DNA from: Candidatus Woesearchaeota archaeon
Lineage (GTDB): Archaea > Nanobdellota > Nanobdellia > Woesearchaeales > GW2011-AR9
Length of the DNA: 64,000 nt
Reading direction: 5' to 3'
Assembly: GCA_023265685.1 (NCBI GenBank)
Contig: JAHFSP010000002.1
Span: 5,713 to 69,712 of the forward strand
The notes below the pieces were generated by a model. That model did not search any database. It had not been told where the DNA came from and worked only from the letters and a program-made list of their open reading frames with translations. The position numbers were made by a program, and so were the translations under genes. Positions 17,438-26,608 of this stretch are shown one piece after another. How positions within the stretch are numbered: the stretch's first letter is position 1; the number at the start of each line of letters is the position of its first letter.

Positions 17438-19144
17438 ATGGTCTCGCTGTGCGCCTTGATGGGTGCTGATATTGTTAAAGAGGGAATGAGGAATAAATTA
17501 AAATATTATTTTCAGGTTTCGTTTTCTTCTGATCTTAAAGCAGGTTTTATTACAGCTGTTGTGGCATTGCCGTTAGCAATTGCATTTGCGATTGCATCGG
17601 GAGTGGATCCGATTATGGGCCTTTATACGGCAATCATTGCCGGATTTCTGGGTTCGTTGTTTGGGGGGTCAACATATTCTATTACGGGGCCAACGGGGGC
17701 TATGACAGTAATCATTCTTTCAGCGGTTAATAAGTTTGGGGTGGAAGGTCTTTTAGTTGCGGGATTTTTGGCAGGTGTGTTTCAATTGCTCTTTGGTTTT
17801 GCGAAGCTGGGACGCTTTGTGAAATTTATTCCACTTCCGGTGGTAACGGGATTTACGGCAGGAATTGGAGCAATTATATTTATTGGCCAAATTGCGAATT
17901 CGTTAGGTCTTTCGATTGCTTCTCATGAACACATTTGGCAAACAGTTATAGAAATTGTAAAGAATTTTTCTACGGTTAATATTGTTGCGATGGGGGTTAC
18001 AATTTTTACTGTTTTGTGTTTATTGTTTCTTCCTAAAATTTTACAACGAATTCCCTATTTGAAGAATCTTCCTGCTTCGTTATTTCCCCTTATTTTATCG
18101 ACTTTGGCGGTTATTATTTTTGCGTTGACTATCCCTCGAGTGGGAGTTATTCCCTCTGGACTGCCTACTGTTCATATGATCAACATAAACCTCGGTTTGA
18201 TCAGGAACGTGTTACCATCAGCATTTACAATAGCTTTGTTGGGAACTATCGAGGCATTACTGTGCGCCGTAGTTTGTGATGGTATGACTAACACCAAACA
18301 TGATAGTGATAAAGAATTGAAAGGTCAGGGCATTGCGAATATGGTATTGCCATTTTTTGGTGCGATTCCATCGACAGCTGCTGTGGCACGTAGTGCGGTG
18401 AACGTTCGTGAAGGAGCTAAGACTCGCTTTGCGGGAGTAATACATGCGTTGATTTTACTTCTAATTTTGCTTTTTTTTGCACCTGTTGCCCAGTATATTC
18501 CCAAAGCTTTTTTAGCAGGAATTTTGATGGTGGTATCAATTCGAATGATCAATTTTCACGAATTCATTACCGTCTTTAAAATTAGTCGTTTAGAAACCAT
18601 TGTTCTGATTACGACATTTATTTTAACGGTTCTTACGGATTTGGTTTTTGCGGTTGAGGTAGGAATGATTTTGGCGGCGGCGTCTGTTTTAATTAGACTG
18701 ATGGATATTATCGATATTACTCATATGAAAGATTTTGAGGAACCGACGGGTGCGGCATTTGAATTTCGTAACGAGAAACTTAAAGAAGTTACAAATGTGT
18801 ATACACTACATGGGCCATTTTTCTTTGGAGCAATGAGCGTCTTTGAGAAAAAGCTTGATGAACATATTGAAAACAAAAAACCAATCACCATTTTACGCTT
18901 TAAGTATGTCCCGTTTGTTGATAGTACTGCAATTATTCGTCTTGTTGATTTTATTAAACAAAAAAAGAAGAAAGGAGCCGTTGTGTATCTTGCGGATCTT
19001 CATCCAGGTGTCTATAAAGCACTCCATCATAATGAAGAGTTTCGTGAATTGGTAAAAAAAACAGAAATTTTTCCCAAGACTAAAGATGTATTAGCTCATA
19101 TTGAGAATAATCTTCATACTATTCTATTGGATGGAAAGAAGTGA
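17438..19144 (+). CDS. SulP family anion transporter with STAS domain
   Basis: DLKAG...A.VALPLAIAFAIASG, GPTGA, STAS GPFFFGA and DST. Confidence 0.93.
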   Translation: MVSLCALMGADIVKEGMRNKLKYYFQVSFSSDLKAGFITAVVALPLAIAFAIASGVDPIMGLYTAIIAGFLGSLFGGSTYSITGPTGAMTVIILSAVNKFGVEGLLVAGFLAGVFQLLFGFAKLGRFVKFIPLPVVTGFTAGIGAIIFIGQIANSLGLSIASHEHIWQTVIEIVKNFSTVNIVAMGVTIFTVLCLLFLPKILQRIPYLKNLPASLFPLILSTLAVIIFALTIPRVGVIPSGLPTVHMININLGLIRNVLPSAFTIALLGTIEALLCAVVCDGMTNTKHDSDKELKGQGIANMVLPFFGAIPSTAAVARSAVNVREGAKTRFAGVIHALILLLILLFFAPVAQYIPKAFLAGILMVVSIRMINFHEFITVFKISRLETIVLITTFILTVLTDLVFAVEVGMILAAASVLIRLMDIIDITHMKDFEEPTGAAFEFRNEKLKEVTNVYTLHGPFFFGAMSVFEKKLDEHIENKKPITILRFKYVPFVDSTAIIRLVDFIKQKKKKGAVVYLADLHPGVYKALHHNEEFRELVKKTEIFPKTKDVLAHIENNLHTILLDGKK

Positions 19145-19213
19145 GTAGGGCAAAATAGCACTCTAGTATACACTTAAGTAACATTTATATAGAAATAAAG
19201 TTACGACTATGTC

Positions 19214-19627
19214 ATGGTAATCTTGTTTGACCAGTTTAATCTTCCAGACGATATCTATAAAGTTCTTTTTGCAACTGAACAACAAGAGATTGTTGCCAAG
19301 ATGTTGATTAAATATATGTGGGAAAATAGTGGAGAGATCACTAAAACTGAAATGAGTGTCTTTGCGACGATGCTTCATGAGGGTCGCGCGCAACTTAAAG
19401 AACGAGGTCGGTCTCCCTTGGAACGGGAAGAGTTTATTTCTTATAACAAGCGTCAATTTTATGATAGAATCTTGACACCGATGCGCGGGATGGGTTTAAT
19501 TGAATATGACCTGTATAAAAAAACGTACAAAGTCTCGGATAAATTCAATCGCTTGATGATTAAAGTTGGCTTGATGTGGCTTCGTGAAGTGGAGAACGGA
19601 AAAAGAAGCGTTGTTCCTAATAAGTAG
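19214..19627 (+). CDS. hypothetical protein (possible winged helix)
   Basis: 137-aa ORF with TATA about 25 nt upstream; QFYDRILTPM..MGLI.YD. Confidence 0.7.
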   Translation: MVILFDQFNLPDDIYKVLFATEQQEIVAKMLIKYMWENSGEITKTEMSVFATMLHEGRAQLKERGRSPLEREEFISYNKRQFYDRILTPMRGMGLIEYDLYKKTYKVSDKFNRLMIKVGLMWLREVENGKRSVVPNK

Positions 19628-19671
19628 TAATTTTAGAAAGATTTTTAAATGAGGGGAGTTCTGGAGAAAGT

Positions 19672-20103
19672 ATGATTAATGGAACAGATATTAGTGATTG
19701 TGTTCAGGCTGCTCAACCAGCATTAAGACAAATTGGAGAAGCTTCTCTGATCGGACTTGCTACTACTGGGGCTGCCATCGTGGCTCGAGCTTTACCCAAT
19801 GGAAGTAATATTCAGGCTCAGATAGGAGATAGATTAAATTATGTTGCAGGAGGCGCAGCAGCGGCTCTCATGTTAGTACCTCCATTAGACCCATTGGTTT
19901 CCATTATGCCTACGGGAACACTAGTTGCTGGCGTGGCTGCTGGAAGTTATCTTGCGGGGGGAATTTTAGGTAGTGTCGTGAACACGTTACGAGATGCACA
20001 TGAAGGGCCTTTAACACATCAACCTCACCGTTTGAACTACTATGGGTTGCGTGCAGGCACAGCATTGGCTTTAGGATACGCCGTTTTAAATAATTTATTT
20101 TAA
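19672..20103 (+). CDS. Gly/Ala-rich hydrophobic membrane protein
   Basis: several small-residue-rich hydrophobic helices. Confidence 0.6.
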   Translation: MINGTDISDCVQAAQPALRQIGEASLIGLATTGAAIVARALPNGSNIQAQIGDRLNYVAGGAAAALMLVPPLDPLVSIMPTGTLVAGVAAGSYLAGGILGSVVNTLRDAHEGPLTHQPHRLNYYGLRAGTALALGYAVLNNLF

Positions 20104-20145
20104 TCTTTTTACTTATTTTATGAGAGATTACGAGAGAATTCACAA

Positions 20146-20688
20146 ATGGGATTAGAGATACCGGAACAACCGTTCTATAAAACTCGATTTTTTCATCGAA
20201 TTGTTGGAGATTATAGGCTTGTTAAGGCCAAGGATTGGAGAGTAGATTTTGGTTGTTTAGTCTCTACTGATTTTTATTTTTGCAGAGCGTTGGTTTTAGC
20301 TGATGGTAACAAAGTAGGACTAGCACATATTCTTCCCAATGCGGATCCACAAACTTATTTAGCATCAATGCTAACTGCATTCCCACAAAGAGAGAATGTA
20401 CGAGTAGGGATCGTACAAGCCGATTGGCAATACCATTTTAATCTTGAATTATTGTGTCAAGAACAAGGGTTGCATGTTTTGACAACAGTACGTTCCCCTA
20501 TTTTTTACGATGATAAGTGGGAAATAAATAGATCCAATCCGCGAGATGTGCTTATACATTCAAATGGTACAATGAAAATTATTGAATGGTCAAATAGAGA
20601 GTACAACGAAAGAAATGAAAAGATACCAAAAATGATCTCGCCTCGTTTGTATACTATGTCTCTTTTTGATACACCTATAATTCTTTAG
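20146..20688 (+). CDS. hypothetical protein with CheD-like Cys/His motif
   Basis: FCRALVLADGNKVGLAHILP. Confidence 0.5.
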   Translation: MGLEIPEQPFYKTRFFHRIVGDYRLVKAKDWRVDFGCLVSTDFYFCRALVLADGNKVGLAHILPNADPQTYLASMLTAFPQRENVRVGIVQADWQYHFNLELLCQEQGLHVLTTVRSPIFYDDKWEINRSNPRDVLIHSNGTMKIIEWSNREYNERNEKIPKMISPRLYTMSLFDTPIIL

Positions 20689-20767
20689 GTTGGGGGGAAA
20701 GAGAGAGAGAGAAAATAATCAATGAGAATAATCCATAAAAATAATTAAGAAAAAATTAATACAAAAC

Positions 20768-21934
20768 TTACAATCCAGCTTCTCGTCGTAATACTTCTGC
20801 TTTGTCGGTTCTTTCCCAAGTAAAGTCGGGATCGTTACGACCAAAGTGACCATAAGCAGCGGTTTTGCGATAGATTGGGCGTCGAAGGTTTAATTGGTCG
20901 ATGATCGTTTTTGGTCGGAAGTCGAAGTGTTTGCGCATGAGTTCAGCAATTTTTTCTTCAGAGACTTTTCCGGTGCCAAAGGTTTCAACGTGAATACTTA
21001 CTGGTTGTGCTACACCAATGGCGTACGAGACTTGAATTTCACATTTTTCAGCAAGACCTGCAGCAACGATGTTTTTTGCGACGTAGCGACCATAATAGGC
21101 TGCGCTTCGATCAACTTTGGTAGGATCTTTTCCAGAGAAAGCTCCACCACCATGACGTCCGTGACCGCCGTAGCTATCGACAATAATTTTACGTCCGGTA
21201 ACGCCAGCGTCACCAACAGGGCCACCAATGACGAAGAGACCAGTGGGATTGATGAAATACTTTGTACGTTCGTCAACATAATTACCACAAATTGGTTTGA
21301 CGATTTTTTCAACAACATCTCGACGAATGGTTTCAAGATCAATGTCTGGGTGGTGTTGAGTTGAGACAACAACAGCATCAACGCGTTTGACTTTGCCATG
21401 TTCATATTCTATAGTGACTTGGGATTTTCCGTCAGGACGAAGATACCAAATTTCTCCTCGTTTACGAGCACTGGCAAGTCTTGCGGTAATTTTGTGGGCG
21501 AGCATTAATGATAATGGCATGAGTTCAGGAGTTTCATTGACAGCATAGCCAAACATAAGACCTTGATCTCCTGCTCCTTGTTCTTTGTGAAGACCTTCAC
21601 CTTCGTTAACGCCTTGGGCGATATCGGGTGATTGTTCTGAGAGTGCTGAGAGGACACCACAGGTACTTCCTTCAAAGCCAAATTCTGGTTTGTTATAGCC
21701 AATTTCAAGAATGGTATCTCGAACTACTTTTTGAATGTCAACGTAAGTTTTGGTGGTTACTTCTCCAGCAACGACAACAAATCCGGTTTTAGTAAGAGTT
21801 TCTACAGCCACACGAGACATAGGATCATCTTTGATCATAGCATCGAGAATGGCGTCTGAAATCTGATCACACATTTTATCGGGATGGCCTTCGGTCACGC
21901 TTTCCGATGTAAAAAAATAATTTCCGCTTGTCAT
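20768..21934 (-). CDS. metK: S-adenosylmethionine synthetase, bacterial/eukaryotic type
   Basis: [58 protein letters not shown]. Confidence 0.97.
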   Translation of the reverse strand: MTSGNYFFTSESVTEGHPDKMCDQISDAILDAMIKDDPMSRVAVETLTKTGFVVVAGEVTTKTYVDIQKVVRDTILEIGYNKPEFGFEGSTCGVLSALSEQSPDIAQGVNEGEGLHKEQGAGDQGLMFGYAVNETPELMPLSLMLAHKITARLASARKRGEIWYLRPDGKSQVTIEYEHGKVKRVDAVVVSTQHHPDIDLETIRRDVVEKIVKPICGNYVDERTKYFINPTGLFVIGGPVGDAGVTGRKIIVDSYGGHGRHGGGAFSGKDPTKVDRSAAYYGRYVAKNIVAAGLAEKCEIQVSYAIGVAQPVSIHVETFGTGKVSEEKIAELMRKHFDFRPKTIIDQLNLRRPIYRKTAAYGHFGRNDPDFTWERTDKAEVLRREAGL

Positions 21935-21980
21935 ATATTATTCACCTTTGTATTTTTCTTTTTATGATTATTTTTTATGA

Positions 21981-22268
21981 TTAGAATCCATTTATAGATT
22001 TGTACTCCTCTGGTTTAGATCTAATTTGATAACTATTAATTTCTTTGCCGGGAAAACATACAGGGTATTGGGTACGTAGATATTTTAATCCTTCATTAAT
22101 CACTGGGTCGCGAGGGTTTTTTCCTTGTGCATCTAAAGCAACACTCGCTATCTGATCAACTAACGTTAAACCGCTTAACCCCCGATCAATTCGAGGTCTA
22201 ACTTGGGGATGTGCTATTAGACTGAGAAGTGGTGTTTGAATTAAATTAGTCAGTTGTGTTTGTTCCAT
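21981..22268 (-). CDS. hypothetical protein
   Basis: 95 aa; TATA upstream; co-oriented with metK. Confidence 0.55.
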   Translation of the reverse strand: MEQTQLTNLIQTPLLSLIAHPQVRPRIDRGLSGLTLVDQIASVALDAQGKNPRDPVINEGLKYLRTQYPVCFPGKEINSYQIRSKPEEYKSINGF

Positions 22269-22452
22269 ATGCTTTTTTCAAAAAGAGAATTATATAAACA
22301 ATCCTGACATAATTATTCCCATATGAATATACCAACGAACATAAAGAGTTTGTTGTATATACAATAAGCAGAATTCATTGACTTTACACTGCTTATTGGT
22401 ATATTCTGATAAGAATAAAAGCGGAAAGTATATATTCCAGTGCAATTGTGGA

Positions 22453-23010
22453 ATGGTTATGATTAAATCGCTTGCTGAAATTGTTAAACTGCGTAAGAAG
22501 TTTCGTCTTAATCAGAAGGAGCTTGCTCTCAAAGCAGGTGTTTCACAGAGTCTTATTGCTAAAATTGAAGCAGGTAAAGTAGATCCTACGTTTACGAAAG
22601 CACAGCAGATTTTTACAGCGCTTGAAGAGTTGCAAGAGCAACATGAACTTAAGGCAAAGGATTTGTTGAATTCTAAAGTCATTTTTGTTGATCAGAAAGA
22701 GCCGATTCGTGAAGTCATTAAGAAGATGAAAGCGAAGGGGATTTCTCAGGTCCCGGTTCTTGCAGGTGAGCGGATTTGTGGATTAGTGACGGAGAGTGTG
22801 TTGTTGAATACGTTGTTGGAGAAGGGGGAAAAGATTTCTGGATTGACTGCAAAAGACGTTATGGAAGATGCTCCACCGATTGTGACACTTAAAGCAGGGA
22901 TTCATAGTATTTCAGAACTGCTGGTGACGTATCCGATTGTGTTGGTTGCCGAGAAAGGAGAGATTAAAGGGATTATTTCTAAGGCAGATTTGTTAGGAAG
23001 AATGGAGTAA
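22453..23010 (+). CDS. XRE-HTH + CBS-pair transcriptional regulator
   Basis: QKELA..AGVSQSLIAKIEAG..DP; ISQVPV and GIISKADLL CBS motifs. Confidence 0.9.
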   Translation: MVMIKSLAEIVKLRKKFRLNQKELALKAGVSQSLIAKIEAGKVDPTFTKAQQIFTALEELQEQHELKAKDLLNSKVIFVDQKEPIREVIKKMKAKGISQVPVLAGERICGLVTESVLLNTLLEKGEKISGLTAKDVMEDAPPIVTLKAGIHSISELLVTYPIVLVAEKGEIKGIISKADLLGRME

Positions 23011-23058
23011 GATTGATACAGAATAATTTTTAACTTGTTTTAAAACTAGAAGTGGACC

Positions 23059-23928
23059 TTACTCTTTCAATGCTTGAAATGCCAAAATATCCTCAGTGGT
23101 TAATTTCTTGCCTTTTTTCATTTTCTCTTTGACTTCGTCAGTCTTAACTTTAACTTGTTGGTCGAAGCGAGAGTGGCTTTCTTTTTCGAAGTCTTTGGAG
23201 AGTTTGCCAACTTCACCAGAAATCTCTTCAAGTTTTTTCTTGGATTGGTCATGTTGCCCTTTGAGTTCGAGATATTTAGCAACGAGAGGTTTTTCTTCTT
23301 CACGAAGTTTTTTCATTTCTTCGTAGAGGGTATTAAGCTGTTCGTGTTTTTCTTGAGATTCTTGCGCTTTTTGTTGAACTTGTTTGTGTGAGTCTTGAGC
23401 TTTTTTGCGATCCACAGAAAATTCAGAGGAGAATGAATTGACTTCTTTCCAGACGTCACCTAGTTCGGATAATTTTTTTACTTTTGTTTGTAAGCCTTTG
23501 AGGACTTTACGTAATTCTTGTTCTTTGTCAAATGGCATGACATCGGTTTCAAGTCGAGATTCGATTTGTTCGATTTGTTTTCGTAATTTAGAAGGGTCAT
23601 CATGATCTTGAACTTTATTCATCAGCTGTTGTTTGCGATCGTCGATGTCTTTACGGGCAACGGCTTTGCCTTTGACAACATCATTGAGTTTGTCGCGCTC
23701 TTGTTTGAGAGTTTTAACATCGAGAGTGAGAGCATCACGTTCTTGTTTGAGAGCGTTGACTCTATTTAATCGGTCGGTGATTTTATCACGAATAGAACGA
23801 AGCTGACGAAAGATTTCTTCTTTTTGCGTATTAAGCGTTGTTACTTCGTTACGCAGTGATGTTTGTTCTTTGCGCGCATCAGAAAATTGTTTTCGCGAAT
23901 CTATTTGACCAGAGTGCTCATCATCCAT
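23059..23928 (-). CDS. archaeal coiled-coil protein (COG1340-like)
   Basis: long heptad pattern ending KKGKKLTTEDIL; downstream of P1 gene. Confidence 0.75.
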   Translation of the reverse strand: MDDEHSGQIDSRKQFSDARKEQTSLRNEVTTLNTQKEEIFRQLRSIRDKITDRLNRVNALKQERDALTLDVKTLKQERDKLNDVVKGKAVARKDIDDRKQQLMNKVQDHDDPSKLRKQIEQIESRLETDVMPFDKEQELRKVLKGLQTKVKKLSELGDVWKEVNSFSSEFSVDRKKAQDSHKQVQQKAQESQEKHEQLNTLYEEMKKLREEEKPLVAKYLELKGQHDQSKKKLEEISGEVGKLSKDFEKESHSRFDQQVKVKTDEVKEKMKKGKKLTTEDILAFQALKE

Positions 23929-23983
23929 TCATATACACCATCCACATCTCAATAAGAAAAGAAAAAAAAGCGAAACTTTGGTT

Positions 23984-24298
23984 TTACCCAAAGAGTGCGC
24001 CAAGACCAGCTGCGGCAGCTTCTTCAGCTTTTTTAGATTCTTCTGCAGCTTTTTTACCGTCATCTTTCTTCTCTGCATGGCCGTGGCCAGCAGGGGCAGC
24101 AGCAACTGCAACAGGTGCAGCCATAGCGGCTTTCTTGATAGCTTCTTCGATATCGACGCCTTCAAGAGCAGCAACAAGAGCTTTCACACGACTTTCGTCA
24201 GCGTGAACGCCTGCAGCGTGCAAGACAGCTTTAACATCATGCTCGGTAATTTGTTTTCCTGCTTTATGAAGCAGCATTGCGGCATAAACGTATTCCAT
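23984..24298 (-). CDS. rpl12: ribosomal stalk protein P1 (archaeal L12)
   Basis: [11 protein letters not shown]...GLGALFG; GGAGG RBS. Confidence 0.96.
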   Translation of the reverse strand: MEYVYAAMLLHKAGKQITEHDVKAVLHAAGVHADESRVKALVAALEGVDIEEAIKKAAMAAPVAVAAAPAGHGHAEKKDDGKKAAEESKKAEEAAAAGLGALFG

Positions 24299-24312
24299 TT
24301 TTCATCCTCCAA

Positions 24313-25155
24313 CTAATTTAAGTTCGCCTCGTGTTTTACACTATCGGCTTGTCGCTCACTGAGAGCTAAAATTTCATCGGTCGTTTCTGGTGTTAGGAAC
24401 GCAGCTTCAATCGCAGCAGCTTTCGCGTCGCGGAAGGCTTTTCCAATGAGTATATCGACAGCACCGTTAGCAGGATAGGCAATCTCAACTGTTAAGTTAA
24501 GAGCCCAGGTAGCTGCTTGAGTGAAGTCGCGGCTATACTGTGCTTCGTCAATATGGAGATATTTGGCATCAAAGACGAAACCGTTTTCACATGCAGCAAT
24601 CAGGTTTAAGCCGATCTCCATTGGTTTTATGTCTAAACGTTTTAAAGTTTCCGCAACTTTTTGTGAGATTACGGCACCTTCGTGTACGACAATGGTATCA
24701 TTAATGATTGCAAGTTTACCACCTTCTACTTTGGTTTTAATACCAACAGCAGCAAGTTCGGAAATGATAGGACCTGGAGCAAATGAAGTTGCACCAGCTT
24801 TTACCAAGACATCTTTAGGTGAGACTTGACCAGCTTTTGCCGGAGCCTCTGACTTGTTTCTATTTAGTAATGATGCAAGACTAAAAGGATTATCTTTTGT
24901 AAAGAGAAGTGCAGGCATGCCCCTGGCACGTTCTGAAAGGTCTTTCATTCCAGCTTTGCCAGATTGTTCAAGAGCAATTTGGAGAATGCGTTTACGTGCC
25001 ATAATCATTTTCACGCCTTTTGCATGAAGCATGGTACGCATTTTAGCAAGTTGTTGAGCAGGAAGATTTTCCATGTTCAACAAACCTACAATAGGGTGAT
25101 GATTGATGTCGGCAACCAATTGTGCTACGAGTTTTTTCTTGATGTCGCTTACCAT
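24313..25155 (-). CDS. rpl10: ribosomal protein uL10 (archaeal P0)
   Basis: APAKAG, F.PGPIISEL, L..L.IKPM.IGL. Confidence 0.95.
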   Translation of the reverse strand: MVSDIKKKLVAQLVADINHHPIVGLLNMENLPAQQLAKMRTMLHAKGVKMIMARKRILQIALEQSGKAGMKDLSERARGMPALLFTKDNPFSLASLLNRNKSEAPAKAGQVSPKDVLVKAGATSFAPGPIISELAAVGIKTKVEGGKLAIINDTIVVHEGAVISQKVAETLKRLDIKPMEIGLNLIAACENGFVFDAKYLHIDEAQYSRDFTQAATWALNLTVEIAYPANGAVDILIGKAFRDAKAAAIEAAFLTPETTDEILALSERQADSVKHEANLN

Positions 25156-25157
25156 GG

Positions 25158-25796
25158 TTAGATCCTCACTGGTTTGCCCATGGTGAGTTTGAGAGTCACG
25201 TCTTTAATGTTTTGGGACTCGTTAGGCAATTGTTTAATTGTTTGTTGATAAATACTAAGAACGTTATCGATGATTTCTTCATCACTTTGGGTTTGTCTTC
25301 CGACCATACATTGAAGGTTAGTACCTTTTTTAGCACTTAGTTTAACTGTCTTACCAAGTTTTGCAACAAGAGGTTCTAGGTTGGCGTTAGGTGGAACGAC
25401 GCATCCTAATTTAGGATTAGGCATTTTACCTGATGTTCCAAGAGACTTTCCGAAGGCAGCTGCTACTTTGGGCATGATTGTTGCTTGAGCAATAAAATAA
25501 TCATATTCACGAGCGAGTTTTTTACCTACTTTTTTATCTGCGTATTTGATAAAATCAATTTCTCGAATGACAAGATCACAAGTTTTGGCGGCTTGATCAG
25601 CAAGTTGTTGATCAACAAAGGCAGCAACTTTGATTTTACGACCGCGGCCGTAATGTAAGAGAGCAAAGAAGTCAACGGGATTTTGCTTGATAGCAATGTT
25701 TTTGAGATTGATTACTAAGTCATAGGACTGCTTAAACTGGCGTTGTGGTTGTGCTTTAAGTTCTTGTAGTGCCTTTTGAACGTCTTGTTTTTCCAT
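25158..25796 (-). CDS. rpl1: ribosomal protein uL1 (archaeal type)
   Basis: R.FKQSYDL.INLK, YDYFIAQA..M, GKMP.P, KLTMG.P; GGAGG RBS. Confidence 0.95.
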   Translation of the reverse strand: MEKQDVQKALQELKAQPQRQFKQSYDLVINLKNIAIKQNPVDFFALLHYGRGRKIKVAAFVDQQLADQAAKTCDLVIREIDFIKYADKKVGKKLAREYDYFIAQATIMPKVAAAFGKSLGTSGKMPNPKLGCVVPPNANLEPLVAKLGKTVKLSAKKGTNLQCMVGRQTQSDEEIIDNVLSIYQQTIKQLPNESQNIKDVTLKLTMGKPVRI

Positions 25797-25799
25797 TTA

Positions 25800-25846
25800 A
25801 ACCTCCTACGAGCCTGACCGATAAGACTTCAGGGTAGTTCGCGGTT
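25800..25846 (-). promoter_or_regulatory. putative uL1-binding autoregulatory mRNA leader
   Basis: AACC-GCGAA-CUAC ... GUAG-GA-GGUU internal loop closed by a CCUGA/UCAGG hairpin, overlapping the GGAGG RBS; TATA at 25869-25876. Confidence 0.6.
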
Positions 25847-25968
25847 AGAGGCTGGGGATTGGGGGTTGTTTATAAAGGTTTCTGAACGAAGCTTCTACTG
25901 TAGTATCCTGAAATTATTTCGCCAACGGTTAATACTAAACCCAAAATAGGACTTGATTCGAGAATTAA

Positions 25969-26280
25969 TTAATAAGGGGGTTTTAACTGTGATTGTTTCA
26001 CTTTGCCCCATATATAAACAATAATAAAACCCCAAATATTAAGCGAGCTTCCTATCAAAGTAGAAATAAAATAATGAGTCCCACTTTTTTTTGAATTAAA
26101 ATAACACAATGTACCAAATAAAAAACTAGAAATTACAAAGCGAATATCATCTCTTACAAAAGGTGTTTGAAAAAAGAAATAGATAAAAGAGTAATAGAGG
26201 ACCATGGAACTTACAATAGCAAAATAATAGTTTTTATCTTTAAGATAATATTTAAAATCTTCTCTCCTAATTTTTATCAA
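25969..26280 (-). CDS. small membrane protein
   Basis: about 3 hydrophobic helices; AT-rich. Confidence 0.55.
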   Translation of the reverse strand: MIKIRREDFKYYLKDKNYYFAIVSSMVLYYSFIYFFFQTPFVRDDIRFVISSFLFGTLCYFNSKKSGTHYFISTLIGSSLNIWGFIIVYIWGKVKQSQLKPPY

Positions 26281-26491
26281 AATTATTTCCCTCCAATTTT
26301 AAGAGTTCATCTACTTCATGAACGGTTTTAAATCCTTCTTTAGATAAATTAGTGGCTTCACCTAAATCCTTAAACGCCCTTTGGTTAATAGGCTCATTAG
26401 TATGGCTCGAGGCATAATTAATGAACCCAAAAATAATCGAAGAAACTACAAAGACGATTATCGCTAAAGCTAAATATTCACGGCAGTTCAT
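26267..26491 (-). CDS. small single-TM protein
   Basis: N-terminal hydrophobic helix; overlaps next gene. Confidence 0.5.
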   Translation of the reverse strand: MNCREYLALAIIVFVVSSIIFGFINYASSHTNEPINQRAFKDLGEATNLSKEGFKTVHEVDELLKLEGNNFDKN

Positions 26492-26608
26492 TTTAACGAA
26501 ATGATTAATTAGCTTTATTAAGCCACCGATCTTTAGAGTTTACGGTTATTTAAACATAACTCATTATCTCAGCATACCTTTAAATATCTCTTTTTCTCAA
26601 TCCCACAA

